Positions 29,308-38,291 are shown, numbered from the stretch's first letter. The stretch is DNA of 64,000 nucleotides from an uncultured Collinsella sp. (GCA_937950325.1 CALFDJ010000035.1:537-64536); one strand, 5' to 3'. Program-made: numbers and translations. The notes: generated from the sequence alone by a model not told the origin.

Positions 29308-29334
29308 CCACCACAATAGTTCTCCTTGCGGTGG
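29308..29334. repeat. Short hairpin CCACCACAA-N9-TTGCGGTGG capping the repeat cluster
   Basis: 9-nt arms with one mismatch; the same 9-mer as in the dispersed AGTTGCGGTG hairpin family. Confidence 0.6.
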
Positions 29335-29351
29335 CTTGTTTCGTTGATTTG

Positions 29352-29568
29352 TCTTGATCTGTAACAGTTGTAAGGCCGAAAACGGGCTAGATGTTACAGA
29401 TTGAGATTATTTTAGGTCGATATCGGTCGTTTGTCTCGATCTGTAACATCTAGGGTCGATTTTGCCGAGTTAATGTTACACATCGAGATTATCTTCTCAA
29501 TGGAATTTGGATGTCTCGATTTGTAACAGGTGGGCCGAAAAATGGACTCTAACTGTTACAGATCGAGA
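29352..29568. repeat. Three tandem 55-bp palindromic units (REP/BIME-like) in alternating orientation
   Basis: Units at 29352-29406, 29434-29488 and 29514-29568. Each has a 15-bp stem TCTCGATCTGTAACA / TGTTACAGATCGAGA (0-2 mismatches) around a 25-nt loop. The loops of units 1 and 3 share GGCCGAAAA; the loop of unit 2 resembles their reverse complement. Confidence 0.85.
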
Positions 29569-29580
29569 TGTTTGTGGGAA

Positions 29581-29613
29581 CCACCGCAAAGGTGCCTGTC
29601 CCCTTTGCGGTGG
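29581..29613. repeat. Hairpin CCACCGCAAAGG-N9-CCTTTGCGGTGG, possibly the terminator of convergent thiD
   Basis: Perfect 12-bp stem followed by TTTT on the plus strand; lies 17 nt from the thiD stop. Confidence 0.7.
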
Positions 29614-29629
29614 TTTTGAACTGCGAGTC

Positions 29630-30460
29630 TTAATACTGCCACATATGGTTAACGGGGCCGGAGCCTTTGCCCATGTCAAAGCCGGCGGCGAGAGCGCCGG
29701 TTAGGTAGGCCTTGCCGGCGTTGACGGCGTCGGCAAGAACCATGCCCTGGGCCAGCGCGCAGGCGATGGCGGACGAGAGCGTGCAACCGGTGCCATGCGT
29801 GTTGCCGGTCTCGATGCGCTTGTGGCGGAACCACGTGGTGAGCGGATCGCCCAGGTGGTTGCCCTCGTCATCGAGCGGCGCGGGCTCTGCTAGCACATCG
29901 TTGGCCTCGTTGACAAAATGCCCGCCCTTAACGAGAGACGCGCAACCAAAGCGGCGGGTGAGGAGCATGGCAGCATTTTGCTGCGTGCGCTCGGAGTCGA
30001 CCTCGTAGTCGAGCAGGGCCATGGCCTCGGGAATATTGGGCGTGATAACCGTCGCTAGCGGGAACAGGCGGCGGGCGAGCGCCTCGGCGGCATCTTCGGC
30101 AATCAGCCGTGCGCCCGAGGTGGCTACCATGACGGGGTCGACGACCACGTTTGTTGCGTTCCAGGCGCTCAAGCGGTCGGCGATGACTTCGATAATCTCG
30201 ACAGAAGAAACCATGCCGATCTTGACGGCGTTCGGGCGGATATCGTCAAAAACGGCGTCAATTTGCGCGGCTACGATATCTGGCGAGATATCCTGTACGG
30301 CGGTGACGCCCAAGGTGTTCTGTGCGGTGATGGCGGTGATGGCCGTCTCGGCATACAGGCGGTGCGCCGTGATGGTCTTGATGTCGGCCTGAATGCCGGC
30401 GCCACCGCTGGAATCGGATCCCGCGATGGACAGGACGGCAGGTACCTTACTACGATCCAT
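29630..30460 (-). CDS. thiD: Hydroxymethylpyrimidine/phosphomethylpyrimidine kinase
   Basis: 276 aa; AGSDSSGGAGIQADIKT and GTGCTLSSAIA motifs. Confidence 0.93.
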   Translation of the reverse strand: MDRSKVPAVLSIAGSDSSGGAGIQADIKTITAHRLYAETAITAITAQNTLGVTAVQDISPDIVAAQIDAVFDDIRPNAVKIGMVSSVEIIEVIADRLSAWNATNVVVDPVMVATSGARLIAEDAAEALARRLFPLATVITPNIPEAMALLDYEVDSERTQQNAAMLLTRRFGCASLVKGGHFVNEANDVLAEPAPLDDEGNHLGDPLTTWFRHKRIETGNTHGTGCTLSSAIACALAQGMVLADAVNAGKAYLTGALAAGFDMGKGSGPVNHMWQY

Positions 30461-30642
30461 GTTCGCTCCCTTGTTCGGTCGGAATCAAATGGGTCTTTAA
30501 GCCAGCATTATAAAGATGCCCGGGCCGACTCTATGCCGAACCCGGGCGGGCGATGCAATCTCTACGCAAGTGTAAGTAAATGTTCACAAGTCAACAATTG
30601 ACAGGCACCAGCTCGCCGCCAGAAGCGGCCGCGGCGACAGGG

Positions 30643-31977
30643 TTAGTCCTCCATGCCGAGGTCGATCGTGGTGCCCTCGAAGATCTTGTTGACGGTGCGG
30701 ACGGCGCACATCTTGCCACACATGGTGCAAGTGCCCTCGGTGGCGGCGGGGGACTCCTCGTAGCGCTTCTTGCCCGTAACCGGGTCGAGCGCGCACTTCC
30801 ACATGGCGTCCCAGTCGAGCTTGCGGCGTGCCTGGCCCATCTTGTCGTCCATGTCGCGGGCGTGGGGCACCTTTTTGGCGATGTCGGCGGCGTGTGCGGC
30901 AATCTTGGTGGCCATGAGGCCGTCGAGCACGTCCTGGGCGTTGGGCAGGCACAAGTGCTCGGCCGGCGTCACGTAGCACAGGAAGTCGGCGCCGGAGCTG
31001 GCGGAGATAGCGCCGCCGATGGCAGCGGTGATGTGGTCGTAGCCCACGCCGATATCGGTCACCAGCGGCCCGAGCACATAGAACGGGGCGTTGTGGCACA
31101 GGCGCTTCTGCAGTTTCATGTTGGCGGCGATCTCGTCGAGCGCCATGTGGCCCGGACCCTCGACCATAACCTGGACGCCGGCGGCCCATGCGCGCTTGCA
31201 CAGCTTGCCCAGCTCGATCATCTCGGCGGTCTCGGTGGCGTCGTTGGAGTCGTAGAGGCAGCCCGGGCGACAGGAGTCGCCGAGCGAAATCGTCACGTCG
31301 TACTCGTGGCAGATTTCGAGCAGCTCGTCGTAGAACTCATAGAACGGGTTCTCGTTACCGGTGACCTCCATCCAGCCAAACAGCAGCGAGCCGCCGCGGC
31401 TCACGATGTTCATGAGGCGGCCGGTCTCCTTAAAGGTCTTTGTGACCGACTTGTTGATGCCGCAGTGGATGGTCATAAAGTCCACGCCGTCCTCGGCGTG
31501 CGCGCGCACGACCTCGAACAGGTCGTCCTTGGTAAGCTTGACCAGCGGCTTTTCCATGTAGCCGATGGCGTCGTACATGGGGACGGTACCTACCATGAGC
31601 GGCGTCTCGTCGATGAGCTGCTGGCGGAACTGGCGCGTCTTGCCCGAGTTGGAGAGGTCCATGATGGCGTCGGCGCCAAAGTCCTCGGCGATCTTGACCT
31701 TCTTCCATTCCTCGGCGGCATCGGCCTTGTCGCCCGAGATGCCCAAGTTCACGTTGACCTTGGTGGACAGGCCCTCACCGACGCCAAAGGCGCGCATGCC
31801 TTTTTTGATGTGCACGATGTTGGCAGGAATGGCGATGCGGCCGTCGGCCACGCGCTCGCGGATGTACTCGGGGTCGCGATGCTCGCGCTCGGCGACCTCC
31901 TTCATCTGCGGTGTGATCTGCCCGGCGCGGGCGAAGTCGATTTGCGTGACGAGCTTGGGCTCGGTCTGTGTGCTCAT
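30643..31977 (-). CDS. thiC: Phosphomethylpyrimidine synthase
   Basis: Radical-SAM ThiC with C-terminal CTMCGKMCAV. Start ATG 31977 (MSTQTEP) was chosen because the upstream codons of the ORF lie inside the riboswitch. Confidence 0.95.
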   Translation of the reverse strand: MSTQTEPKLVTQIDFARAGQITPQMKEVAEREHRDPEYIRERVADGRIAIPANIVHIKKGMRAFGVGEGLSTKVNVNLGISGDKADAAEEWKKVKIAEDFGADAIMDLSNSGKTRQFRQQLIDETPLMVGTVPMYDAIGYMEKPLVKLTKDDLFEVVRAHAEDGVDFMTIHCGINKSVTKTFKETGRLMNIVSRGGSLLFGWMEVTGNENPFYEFYDELLEICHEYDVTISLGDSCRPGCLYDSNDATETAEMIELGKLCKRAWAAGVQVMVEGPGHMALDEIAANMKLQKRLCHNAPFYVLGPLVTDIGVGYDHITAAIGGAISASSGADFLCYVTPAEHLCLPNAQDVLDGLMATKIAAHAADIAKKVPHARDMDDKMGQARRKLDWDAMWKCALDPVTGKKRYEESPAATEGTCTMCGKMCAVRTVNKIFEGTTIDLGMED

Positions 31978-31982
31978 TGGCA

Positions 31983-32078
31983 CGGCTCCCTTCGTTGGCA
32001 TTACCCATATCAGGTTTGCGGGTCAGGGCGGGCGCGCCCAATCTCAGCCTGCCGTCTTGTCCTGCAAGCCCCCCGTTT
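31983..32078 (-). promoter_or_regulatory. TPP (THI-box) riboswitch
   Basis: The minus-strand RNA reads GGGGGGCUUGCAGG...GGCUGAGAUUGGG...CCCUGACCCGCAAACCUGAUAUGGGUAAUGCCAACGAAGGGAGCC, ending at the thiC SD/ATG. The CUGAGA and ACCUGAU..GGUAAUGCC..CGAAGGGA cores match the THI element. Confidence 0.9.
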
Positions 32079-32148
32079 ATGTAATGGGCTCAAGTATAGC
32101 TCGAATGGGTACGATTGGCCTAACGAGCGTGCCTGTGAGGAGGCGAAC

Positions 32149-32670
32149 ATGGAAGACAAGCATCTATATCGAGAGACGCAATGGGATGTATCGGCCGAGG
32201 AAAGCCGTGCGCACCATGGCCTTGTCGCGATCGGTTTTGCGGTGCTTGCCGTGCTGGTGATTGCCTTTTGTATCTGGACGTTTGGTGGTCGCGGCGGCGC
32301 TGCATGGGAGTTCGAGGCTGATGATAGCCTACCGATTATGACGGTGAGGAGTACTGGCGGTAATGCCAATACGCTCGCCGTTCCGGGCGATTATTGGTAC
32401 CCGTGCGATGAGTTTGTGCAGTTGCAGCTGAGTGGTGGGTCTATTCCTGGTGAGGAAATCGAACGCGTGACGTATGATGCGACGTTCAAAACGTTGACGG
32501 TGAAGCTCAAAGATCAAGGGGATGTGCCCACGACGATGGATATCGCGCTGACGGAATGGCGCCTGGAGCCCCCGTCGGGTGTTGCGGTGTCCGAGGTCGA
32601 GCACGTCAAGATTGTCTATCAGGACGGTTCGACAAACGGGATTGCAAAGGCCGACGGTCTAGCAGAATAG
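32149..32670 (+). CDS. Hypothetical membrane-anchored protein (173 aa)
   Basis: GAGGAGG SD 6 nt before ATG 32149; one TM helix (LVAIGFAVLAVLVIAFCIW). It is hidden as the C-terminal part of the chimeric 696-aa ORF 30580..32670, whose upstream part is antisense to thiC. Confidence 0.6.
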   Translation: MEDKHLYRETQWDVSAEESRAHHGLVAIGFAVLAVLVIAFCIWTFGGRGGAAWEFEADDSLPIMTVRSTGGNANTLAVPGDYWYPCDEFVQLQLSGGSIPGEEIERVTYDATFKTLTVKLKDQGDVPTTMDIALTEWRLEPPSGVAVSEVEHVKIVYQDGSTNGIAKADGLAE

Positions 32671-32700
32671 GTGTCGAGCCTAGCAGCCAATTCATAAAAG

Positions 32701-32761
32701 TTGCGGTGGAATAGTTCCTGATTGTGCGAAAAAGGCTCAAATAGGAATTATTCCACCGCAA
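32701..32761. repeat. AGTTGCGGTGGAATA hairpin repeat, copy A
   Basis: TTGCGGTGGAATAGTTCCT ... AGGAATTATTCCACCGCAA, 19-nt arms with one mismatch; 44 nt downstream of the yaaA stop. Confidence 0.85.
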
Positions 32762-32804
32762 GTTATATAGAGAAGGCTGAGCGGGTCAGTGTTGGGTGCC
32801 GGCT

Positions 32805-33614
32805 CTAGAGCATCTGTTCGTTGATGAACATGAGGGTGCCTAGGTATGAGAGCTCGGGGACGTGGCGATAGCCGATGTTGAATGCGGTAAGTTCGCTTGC
32901 ATCCTTGAGCTTGTTTTCTGCCATCCACCGCACCATGGAGCCGCGCGCCTTTTTGCTGGCGGTCGACTGTTGGATGGGCTTCCCGTTGCGGATGCCCTCG
33001 CCAAAGAGGCATGTGACGGCTGTGGCGTCGCCCGCGAGGTGGGGCAGAACGGCTTTGGCATACTCTACGCTGGCGAGGTTGACGATCGTGGTGTTTGAGC
33101 CTGCCGGGGCGATAGCCCGCGCGAGCTTATCGCTCCAAAATGCGTAGAGGTCTCGGGCACCGTCGACGACAAGCTTCGCGCCCATCTCCAGCCGATACGG
33201 TTCGACGGCATGAAAGGGACGAACGCACCCGTAGAGGCCGGAGAGGATCCACAGATGGTCTTGCAGCCATGCGAGCTGTGCGGAATCCATCACCTCGGGT
33301 GCCATGCTCTGGTATTGAATGCCGTGATAGGACATGACGGCAGGGGAGAGGTGACGGGCGAGTGCGGGATTGTCGAGATCGCCGCTTTTCAGGATGGGCC
33401 CGAACTCATGCAGTGTGTTGAGGCAAGGTCCCAGCAGTTTGTCGCTCACGTTCCACAGCGCCTGCAGGCCGCCGCTGCCTTCATTCCGCTCGATATCTAG
33501 CAGTGCGCGGTGGAGGCGAGCCGTCTCGCGCACAAAGGGTGGGATGCCCAGGACTTCAAAAGCATCTTGGGCCGCGCGCATCTGCTTGGCGGGCGAAATG
33601 ATGACCTGCAGCAT
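32805..33614 (-). CDS. yaaA: Peroxide stress protein YaaA (DUF328)
   Basis: Starts MLQVIISPAKQM (family hallmark) with a GAGGAGAG SD; the longer track ORF runs into the upstream repeat. Confidence 0.88.
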   Translation of the reverse strand: MLQVIISPAKQMRAAQDAFEVLGIPPFVRETARLHRALLDIERNEGSGGLQALWNVSDKLLGPCLNTLHEFGPILKSGDLDNPALARHLSPAVMSYHGIQYQSMAPEVMDSAQLAWLQDHLWILSGLYGCVRPFHAVEPYRLEMGAKLVVDGARDLYAFWSDKLARAIAPAGSNTTIVNLASVEYAKAVLPHLAGDATAVTCLFGEGIRNGKPIQQSTASKKARGSMVRWMAENKLKDASELTAFNIGYRHVPELSYLGTLMFINEQML

Positions 33615-33634
33615 GGACTCTCCTCTGCCAAAAA

Positions 33635-33701
33635 AGTTGCGGTGGAATACGGTCTGTTTTGGCCGTTTATGGGCCAGTTTAGTCCGTATTTCACCGCAAC
33701 T
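33635..33701. repeat. AGTTGCGGTGGAATA hairpin repeat, copy B
   Basis: AGTTGCGGTGGAATACGGTCTGTTTTGGCC ... GGCCAGTTTAGTCCGTATTTCACCGCAACT, with imperfect arms; lies between the aminopeptidase stop and the yaaA start. Confidence 0.8.
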
Positions 33702-33714
33702 GATGAAGGGTTGG

Positions 33715-35112
33715 TTAGGCTCGCTCGATGAAGGCCTTGTAACCGCGATATGCCTCGTAGATGTCGGCCTTGTTGGCGACCTCCCACAGGGCGTGCATGG
33801 ACAGGACGGCAACGCCGGAGTCGATGACGTTCATGCCGTACTTGGCCATGATGTAGGCGATGGTGCCGCCGCCACCAGCGTTGACGCGGCCGAGCTCGCA
33901 GGTCTGGAAGTCCACGCCGGCCTCGTCCATGATGTCGCGGACGAGGGCCACATACTCGGCGTCGGCGTCGTTAGAGCCGCCCTTGCCGCGGCTGCCCGTG
34001 TACTTGTTAAAGCACAGGCCGCGACCCATGAAGGCGGCGTTCTTGGTCTCGAACTTGCCGGCATAGCCCGGATCGAAGCCGGCGGACACGTCGGAGGAGA
34101 GCATACGGCTGCGGGCGAGCGCGCGGCGCAGAGCCAGCGGGCTGTCCTCGCCGGCGAGCATCATGATCTCGGCGACGGTGTTCTCGAAGAAGCGACTCGT
34201 CATGCCGGTGGCACCCACGGAACCGATCTCCTCCTTGTCGACGATGAGCGTGATGCTCGTGCGCTCCACGTTGGTGACGTTGATCTGGGCGAGCATGGAG
34301 GGGTAGGCACAGACGCGGTCGTCATGGCCATAGCCCAGAATCATGGAGCGGTCGAGGCCCATGTCGCGGGCGGGGCCGGCGGGCACGACCTCGATCTCGG
34401 CGGAGAGGAAGTCCTCCTCCTCGACGTCGTACTGCTCCTTGAGGATATCCAGGAACATCTGCTTGACGGGCTCCTTGGGGGCGTCCTTGTCGTCCTCGTC
34501 AAACTTGACGGGGCGGCCGCCCACGATCACGTCGAGAATCTCGGCATCGACGGCGTCCTTGGCAGGTTTGGACATCTGCTCGCTCGAGAGGTGGATCAGC
34601 AGGTCGGAGATGGTAAAGACCGGGTCGTCCGCCTTGTCGCCGATATTGATGTCGACGGTGGTACCGTCCTTTTTGCAGATGACGCCTACGAGTGCGAGCG
34701 GGGAGGCCACCCAGTGGTAGCTCTTGACGCCACCGTAGTAGTGCGTGTCGAGGTAGGCCATGTCGCCGGCCTCGAAGGCGGGGTTCTGCTTAAGGTCTAG
34801 GCGCGGCGAGTCCACGTGGGCGCCCAGGATGTTAAAGCCCTGCTCGAGCGGGGCGTTGCCCAGGTTGACGAGCATGAGGTCCTTGCCGTGATTGGCGGCG
34901 TACACCTTGTCGCCTGCCTTGAGCTCGCGGCCTTCGGCGATCACGGTCTCCAGGTCGACGTATCCCGCCTCCTCGGCCATCTTGATGCCGGTCTTGACGC
35001 ACAGGCGCTCGGTCTTGTTCTCGCTCAAAAACTGCTTATAGCCGCGGCAAAGCTCCTCGAGCTCCTCGACTTGCTGTGGCGTGTACTTTTTCCATGCGCA
35101 GGGACGCTCCAT
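33715..35112 (-). CDS. M18-family aminopeptidase
   Basis: About 465 aa from MERPCAWKKY, with an AAAGGAG SD; HVDSPRLDLK, GYGHDDRVCAY and DKEEIGS metal-ligand blocks. Confidence 0.85.
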   Translation of the reverse strand: MERPCAWKKYTPQQVEELEELCRGYKQFLSENKTERLCVKTGIKMAEEAGYVDLETVIAEGRELKAGDKVYAANHGKDLMLVNLGNAPLEQGFNILGAHVDSPRLDLKQNPAFEAGDMAYLDTHYYGGVKSYHWVASPLALVGVICKKDGTTVDINIGDKADDPVFTISDLLIHLSSEQMSKPAKDAVDAEILDVIVGGRPVKFDEDDKDAPKEPVKQMFLDILKEQYDVEEEDFLSAEIEVVPAGPARDMGLDRSMILGYGHDDRVCAYPSMLAQINVTNVERTSITLIVDKEEIGSVGATGMTSRFFENTVAEIMMLAGEDSPLALRRALARSRMLSSDVSAGFDPGYAGKFETKNAAFMGRGLCFNKYTGSRGKGGSNDADAEYVALVRDIMDEAGVDFQTCELGRVNAGGGGTIAYIMAKYGMNVIDSGVAVLSMHALWEVANKADIYEAYRGYKAFIERA

Positions 35113-35278
35113 GACGCAGGCTCCTTTCGGATCGATCGTGCTGGTTGATGTACCGTGAGCCATCGTATCACGCGCGGGCTCACGGTGGCGGGGGAGCTTG
35201 ATGTGAGGTGGCCGCGGGGCGGGGAGCGTGTAAACTGGAGTGAGCAAACCGTGCCCAGCCCAAAGCGAGGTATTTAAT

Positions 35279-38026
35279 ATGTCTGACAAGCGCCGCACTT
35301 TTGCCGTTATCGACGGCAACTCGCTCATGCACCGCGCCTTTCACGCCGTGCCGCCGACCATGAACGCGCCGGACGGTCGCCCCACCAACGCGATCTTTGG
35401 CTTTCTGAACATGTTTCTTAAGATGATTGATGCCTTTAACCCCGACGGTGTGGTCGTGGCGTTTGACAAGGGTAAGCCGCGCGTGCGCATGGAGATGCTG
35501 CCGCAGTATAAGGCGCAACGCCCGCCCATGGACCCCGATCTGCATGCGCAGTTCCCTATGATTAAGGAGCTGCTCACCGCGCTCAACGTGCCGATTCTGC
35601 AGTCCGAGGGCTGGGAAGGCGACGATATCCTGGGAACCATGGCGCGCCTGGGTGAAGAGGCCGGCTGTGACATGCTGCTGGTGACCGGTGATCGCGACAT
35701 GTATCAGCTTGTTACCGAGCACGTCAACGTGGTCTCGACCCGTAAGGGCCTGTCCGACGTAGCGATTATGACGCCCGAGAGCGTGGATGACCTGTATCAC
35801 GGCATTACGCCGGCGCTTGTGCCCGATTTTTACGGTCTGAAGGGCGACACGTCGGATAACATCCCCGGCGTACCGGGCATCGGCCCCAAAAAGGCGAGTG
35901 CGCTCATTGCGAAGTACGGTAGCCTGGACGAAGTCATCGCGCATGCCGACGAGGTCAAGGGCAAGATGGGCGAGAACCTGCGTGCACACATCGATGACGC
36001 ACTACTGAGCCGCAAGGTTGCGACAATTCGCACCGATGCGCCCGTCGAGCTCGACTTTGAGGCGACGTCCTTCCCGGCGTTTTCTGCCGATGAGGTTTCC
36101 GCGGCGCTGGGTACGCTTGGTATCACCGCCATGCAGAACCGTTTCTTGGCGCTGATCGGCGGCGAGAGCGGGGCTGCTGCCTCCAGTGTGTTTGAGATAC
36201 CTGCTATGGTTCGCTCAGCCGCCGGCGATGCTGACGCGCTTGGTGCCGTTGCGGCTGAGGTCTCCCGCGCGATTGATGCCGGCGAGTGGGTTGCCGCCGT
36301 GGTGGACGACGACAAGGAAGAGGGCGCGCTCTTTGGACTGACGCGCACGCTGTGGCTGGCGACGTCCAAGGGCCTGTTCGCGCTCGAGGAGGGCGACAGC
36401 TGTGCGGCGGCTGAGGTTGAGGGCTTCAACTTCGTCCACGGCGTGATTGCCGGCGTGCTCGCGCGTCTGTTTATGGAGGGTCGCGTGGCGAGCCCGGATA
36501 TGAAGGCGCTGTTGCACGAGCTTTCGCCCATCGATTCTTCTGAGCCCGAGCTTATGGACCCGCTGGCAGTCGATTCCACGCGCATCTTCGATACCGTGGT
36601 TGCCGCCTACCTGCTGGATTCCGACCGCTCCGAGTTCGATGAGGCGTATCTGGCCGATACCTATCTGCAGATGGCGCTGCCTGCGGCGCGCGGTGCAGAG
36701 GGTGCCGGCGAGGACGCCCCCGCGCCCGCCGCTCGCACGGCGGCCTTAACGCTGGCGCTGGTCGCACCGCTGCGCGACCGCATGGCCCGTGAGAACGCCA
36801 CCAACGTGTTCGACGGCATCGAGATGCCGCTTGTGCCGGTGCTTGCCAAGATGGAGCGCGCGGGCATGCTCGTAGACCCCGACCGTCTGCATAGTCTGTC
36901 CGAGGGCCTGGCGACTCAGATTGCCGAGGTCGAGCGCAGCATTCGTGACCTGGCGGGTGACGAGACCTTTAATATTGGCAGTCCCATGCAGCTGTCGCAT
37001 GTGCTCTTTGATGTGATGGGGCTTCCGACCAAGGGCCTCAAGAAGACTAAGCGCGGCTATTATTCGACCAACGCCAAGGTGCTGAGTGACCTTGCCCGCG
37101 ACCACGAGATCGTGCGCCTGATTTTGGACTGGCGTGAGAAGTCCAAAATCAAGTCCACCTATCTGGACACGCTGGGCCCGCTACGCCGTGGTGACGGTCG
37201 TGTGCACACTACGTACAACCAGACCATCACAGCAACGGGGCGTCTGTCCTCGAGCGACCCGAACCTGCAGAACATCCCGACGCGCTCGGAGCTGGGTCGT
37301 ACCGTCAAGACGGCGTTTTCGGCAGGCGAGGGAAGCGTCTTTTTGGCGGTGGACTACTCGCAGATCGAGCTGCGTCTGCTGGCGCATCTCTCGGGTGACG
37401 AGCACTTGGTGCGCGCCTTTAACGAGGGCGAGGACTTCCATGCCGAGACGGCGGCGCGCGTGTTTGGCGTTCCCGTGTTCGAGGTAACGCCCGACCTGCG
37501 CAGTCGCGCCAAGGCCGTGAACTTTGGCATCGTGTATGGTCAGCAGGCTTACGGCCTGTCGCAGTCGCTGCATATCTCGATGGCCGAGGCACGCGACATG
37601 ATCGACCGCTACTACGAGGCCTACCCGGGCGTGCGTACGTTCCTCGACAACGTAGTGGCGCGCGCCAAGCAGACGGGCTACGCCGAGACCATGTATGGCC
37701 GCAGACGCCATATTCCCGAGCTCAAGGCCAAAAACCCGCAACTCCGCGGCTTTGGCGAGCGCACGGCCATGAACCATCCCATGCAGGGCACCGCCGCCGA
37801 CATCATCAAGATCGCGATGGCCCGCGTAAGCCGCCGTCTGGAAGAGGAGGGCTTTGCCGCCCACATGATCTTGCAGGTACACGACGAACTGGACTTTGAG
37901 TGCCCCATCGACGAAGTCGAGCGCCTAACCACCATGGTCCGCGACGTCATGGAGCACGTCGTAGACCTCCGCGTCCCCCTAATCGCCGAAGCCAGCACCG
38001 GCATAACCTGGGCCGACGCTAAATAG
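35279..38026 (+). CDS. polA: DNA polymerase I
   Basis: 5'-nuclease N-terminus (FAVIDGNSLMHRAFHA), HhH region, and Pol A motifs (DYSQIELRLLAHLS, RSRAKAVNFGIVYG, QVHDEL). Confidence 0.96.
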   Translation: MSDKRRTFAVIDGNSLMHRAFHAVPPTMNAPDGRPTNAIFGFLNMFLKMIDAFNPDGVVVAFDKGKPRVRMEMLPQYKAQRPPMDPDLHAQFPMIKELLTALNVPILQSEGWEGDDILGTMARLGEEAGCDMLLVTGDRDMYQLVTEHVNVVSTRKGLSDVAIMTPESVDDLYHGITPALVPDFYGLKGDTSDNIPGVPGIGPKKASALIAKYGSLDEVIAHADEVKGKMGENLRAHIDDALLSRKVATIRTDAPVELDFEATSFPAFSADEVSAALGTLGITAMQNRFLALIGGESGAAASSVFEIPAMVRSAAGDADALGAVAAEVSRAIDAGEWVAAVVDDDKEEGALFGLTRTLWLATSKGLFALEEGDSCAAAEVEGFNFVHGVIAGVLARLFMEGRVASPDMKALLHELSPIDSSEPELMDPLAVDSTRIFDTVVAAYLLDSDRSEFDEAYLADTYLQMALPAARGAEGAGEDAPAPAARTAALTLALVAPLRDRMARENATNVFDGIEMPLVPVLAKMERAGMLVDPDRLHSLSEGLATQIAEVERSIRDLAGDETFNIGSPMQLSHVLFDVMGLPTKGLKKTKRGYYSTNAKVLSDLARDHEIVRLILDWREKSKIKSTYLDTLGPLRRGDGRVHTTYNQTITATGRLSSSDPNLQNIPTRSELGRTVKTAFSAGEGSVFLAVDYSQIELRLLAHLSGDEHLVRAFNEGEDFHAETAARVFGVPVFEVTPDLRSRAKAVNFGIVYGQQAYGLSQSLHISMAEARDMIDRYYEAYPGVRTFLDNVVARAKQTGYAETMYGRRRHIPELKAKNPQLRGFGERTAMNHPMQGTAADIIKIAMARVSRRLEEEGFAAHMILQVHDELDFECPIDEVERLTTMVRDVMEHVVDLRVPLIAEASTGITWADAK

Positions 38027-38063
38027 GGAAGCATCCACAATTCCAAAGTAACCAAAACCAGAG

Positions 38064-38097
38064 GGGGGCTCCTTGCCAACAAGGAGCCCCCTTCATT
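38064..38097 (+). terminator. Hairpin terminator after polA
   Basis: Perfect 12-bp stem GGGGGCTCCTTG / CAAGGAGCCCCC, loop CCAA, tail TTCATT. Confidence 0.65.
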
Positions 38098-38161
38098 CCA
38101 AAAAAATCAGCCAAGTATCTAGACGCCAAGACGCCATCCAGGCGGCAAGCAAGTCACCGCA

Positions 38162-38291
38162 GGACCTGGCCGGGCGAGGCGGGTAAGTTTTTCGTAGATT
38201 CCGCACGAGCCGGAAAGCACTTAATGTGCTTTCCGAGCGAGCCCAGGACCTGACCGAGCGAAAAACTTACCCGCCTCGCCCGGCCAGGTCC
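38162..38291. repeat. 130-bp palindrome with perfect 33-bp arms and a nested 10-bp hairpin
   Basis: 38162-38194 (GGACCTGGCCGGGCGAGGCGGGTAAGTTTTTCG) is the exact reverse complement of 38259-38291. The 64-nt centre contains CGGAAAGCAC-TTAAT-GTGCTTTCCG. Confidence 0.9.

Noticed and set aside
29340-29580. Possible CRISPR array, because of regularly spaced 15-nt repeats.
   Set aside because: The repeats alternate as inverted copies forming hairpins. The intervening spacers are related to one another rather than unique. There are only three units, and no cas genes or leader are present.
30580-32148. N-terminal 520 codons of the 696-aa plus-strand ORF 30580..32670.
   Set aside because: It is antisense to thiC and crosses the TPP riboswitch. 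Only the last 173 codons, from the SD-preceded ATG 32149, look like a real membrane-anchored protein.
38162-38291. Possible SRP (4.5S) RNA, because the minus strand contains GGUCAGGUCC.
   Set aside because: The match stops there: there is no GGAAGGAAGCAGCC domain IV and no GNRA-capped asymmetric-loop helix. Perfectly complementary 33-nt arms are not the SRP RNA architecture.
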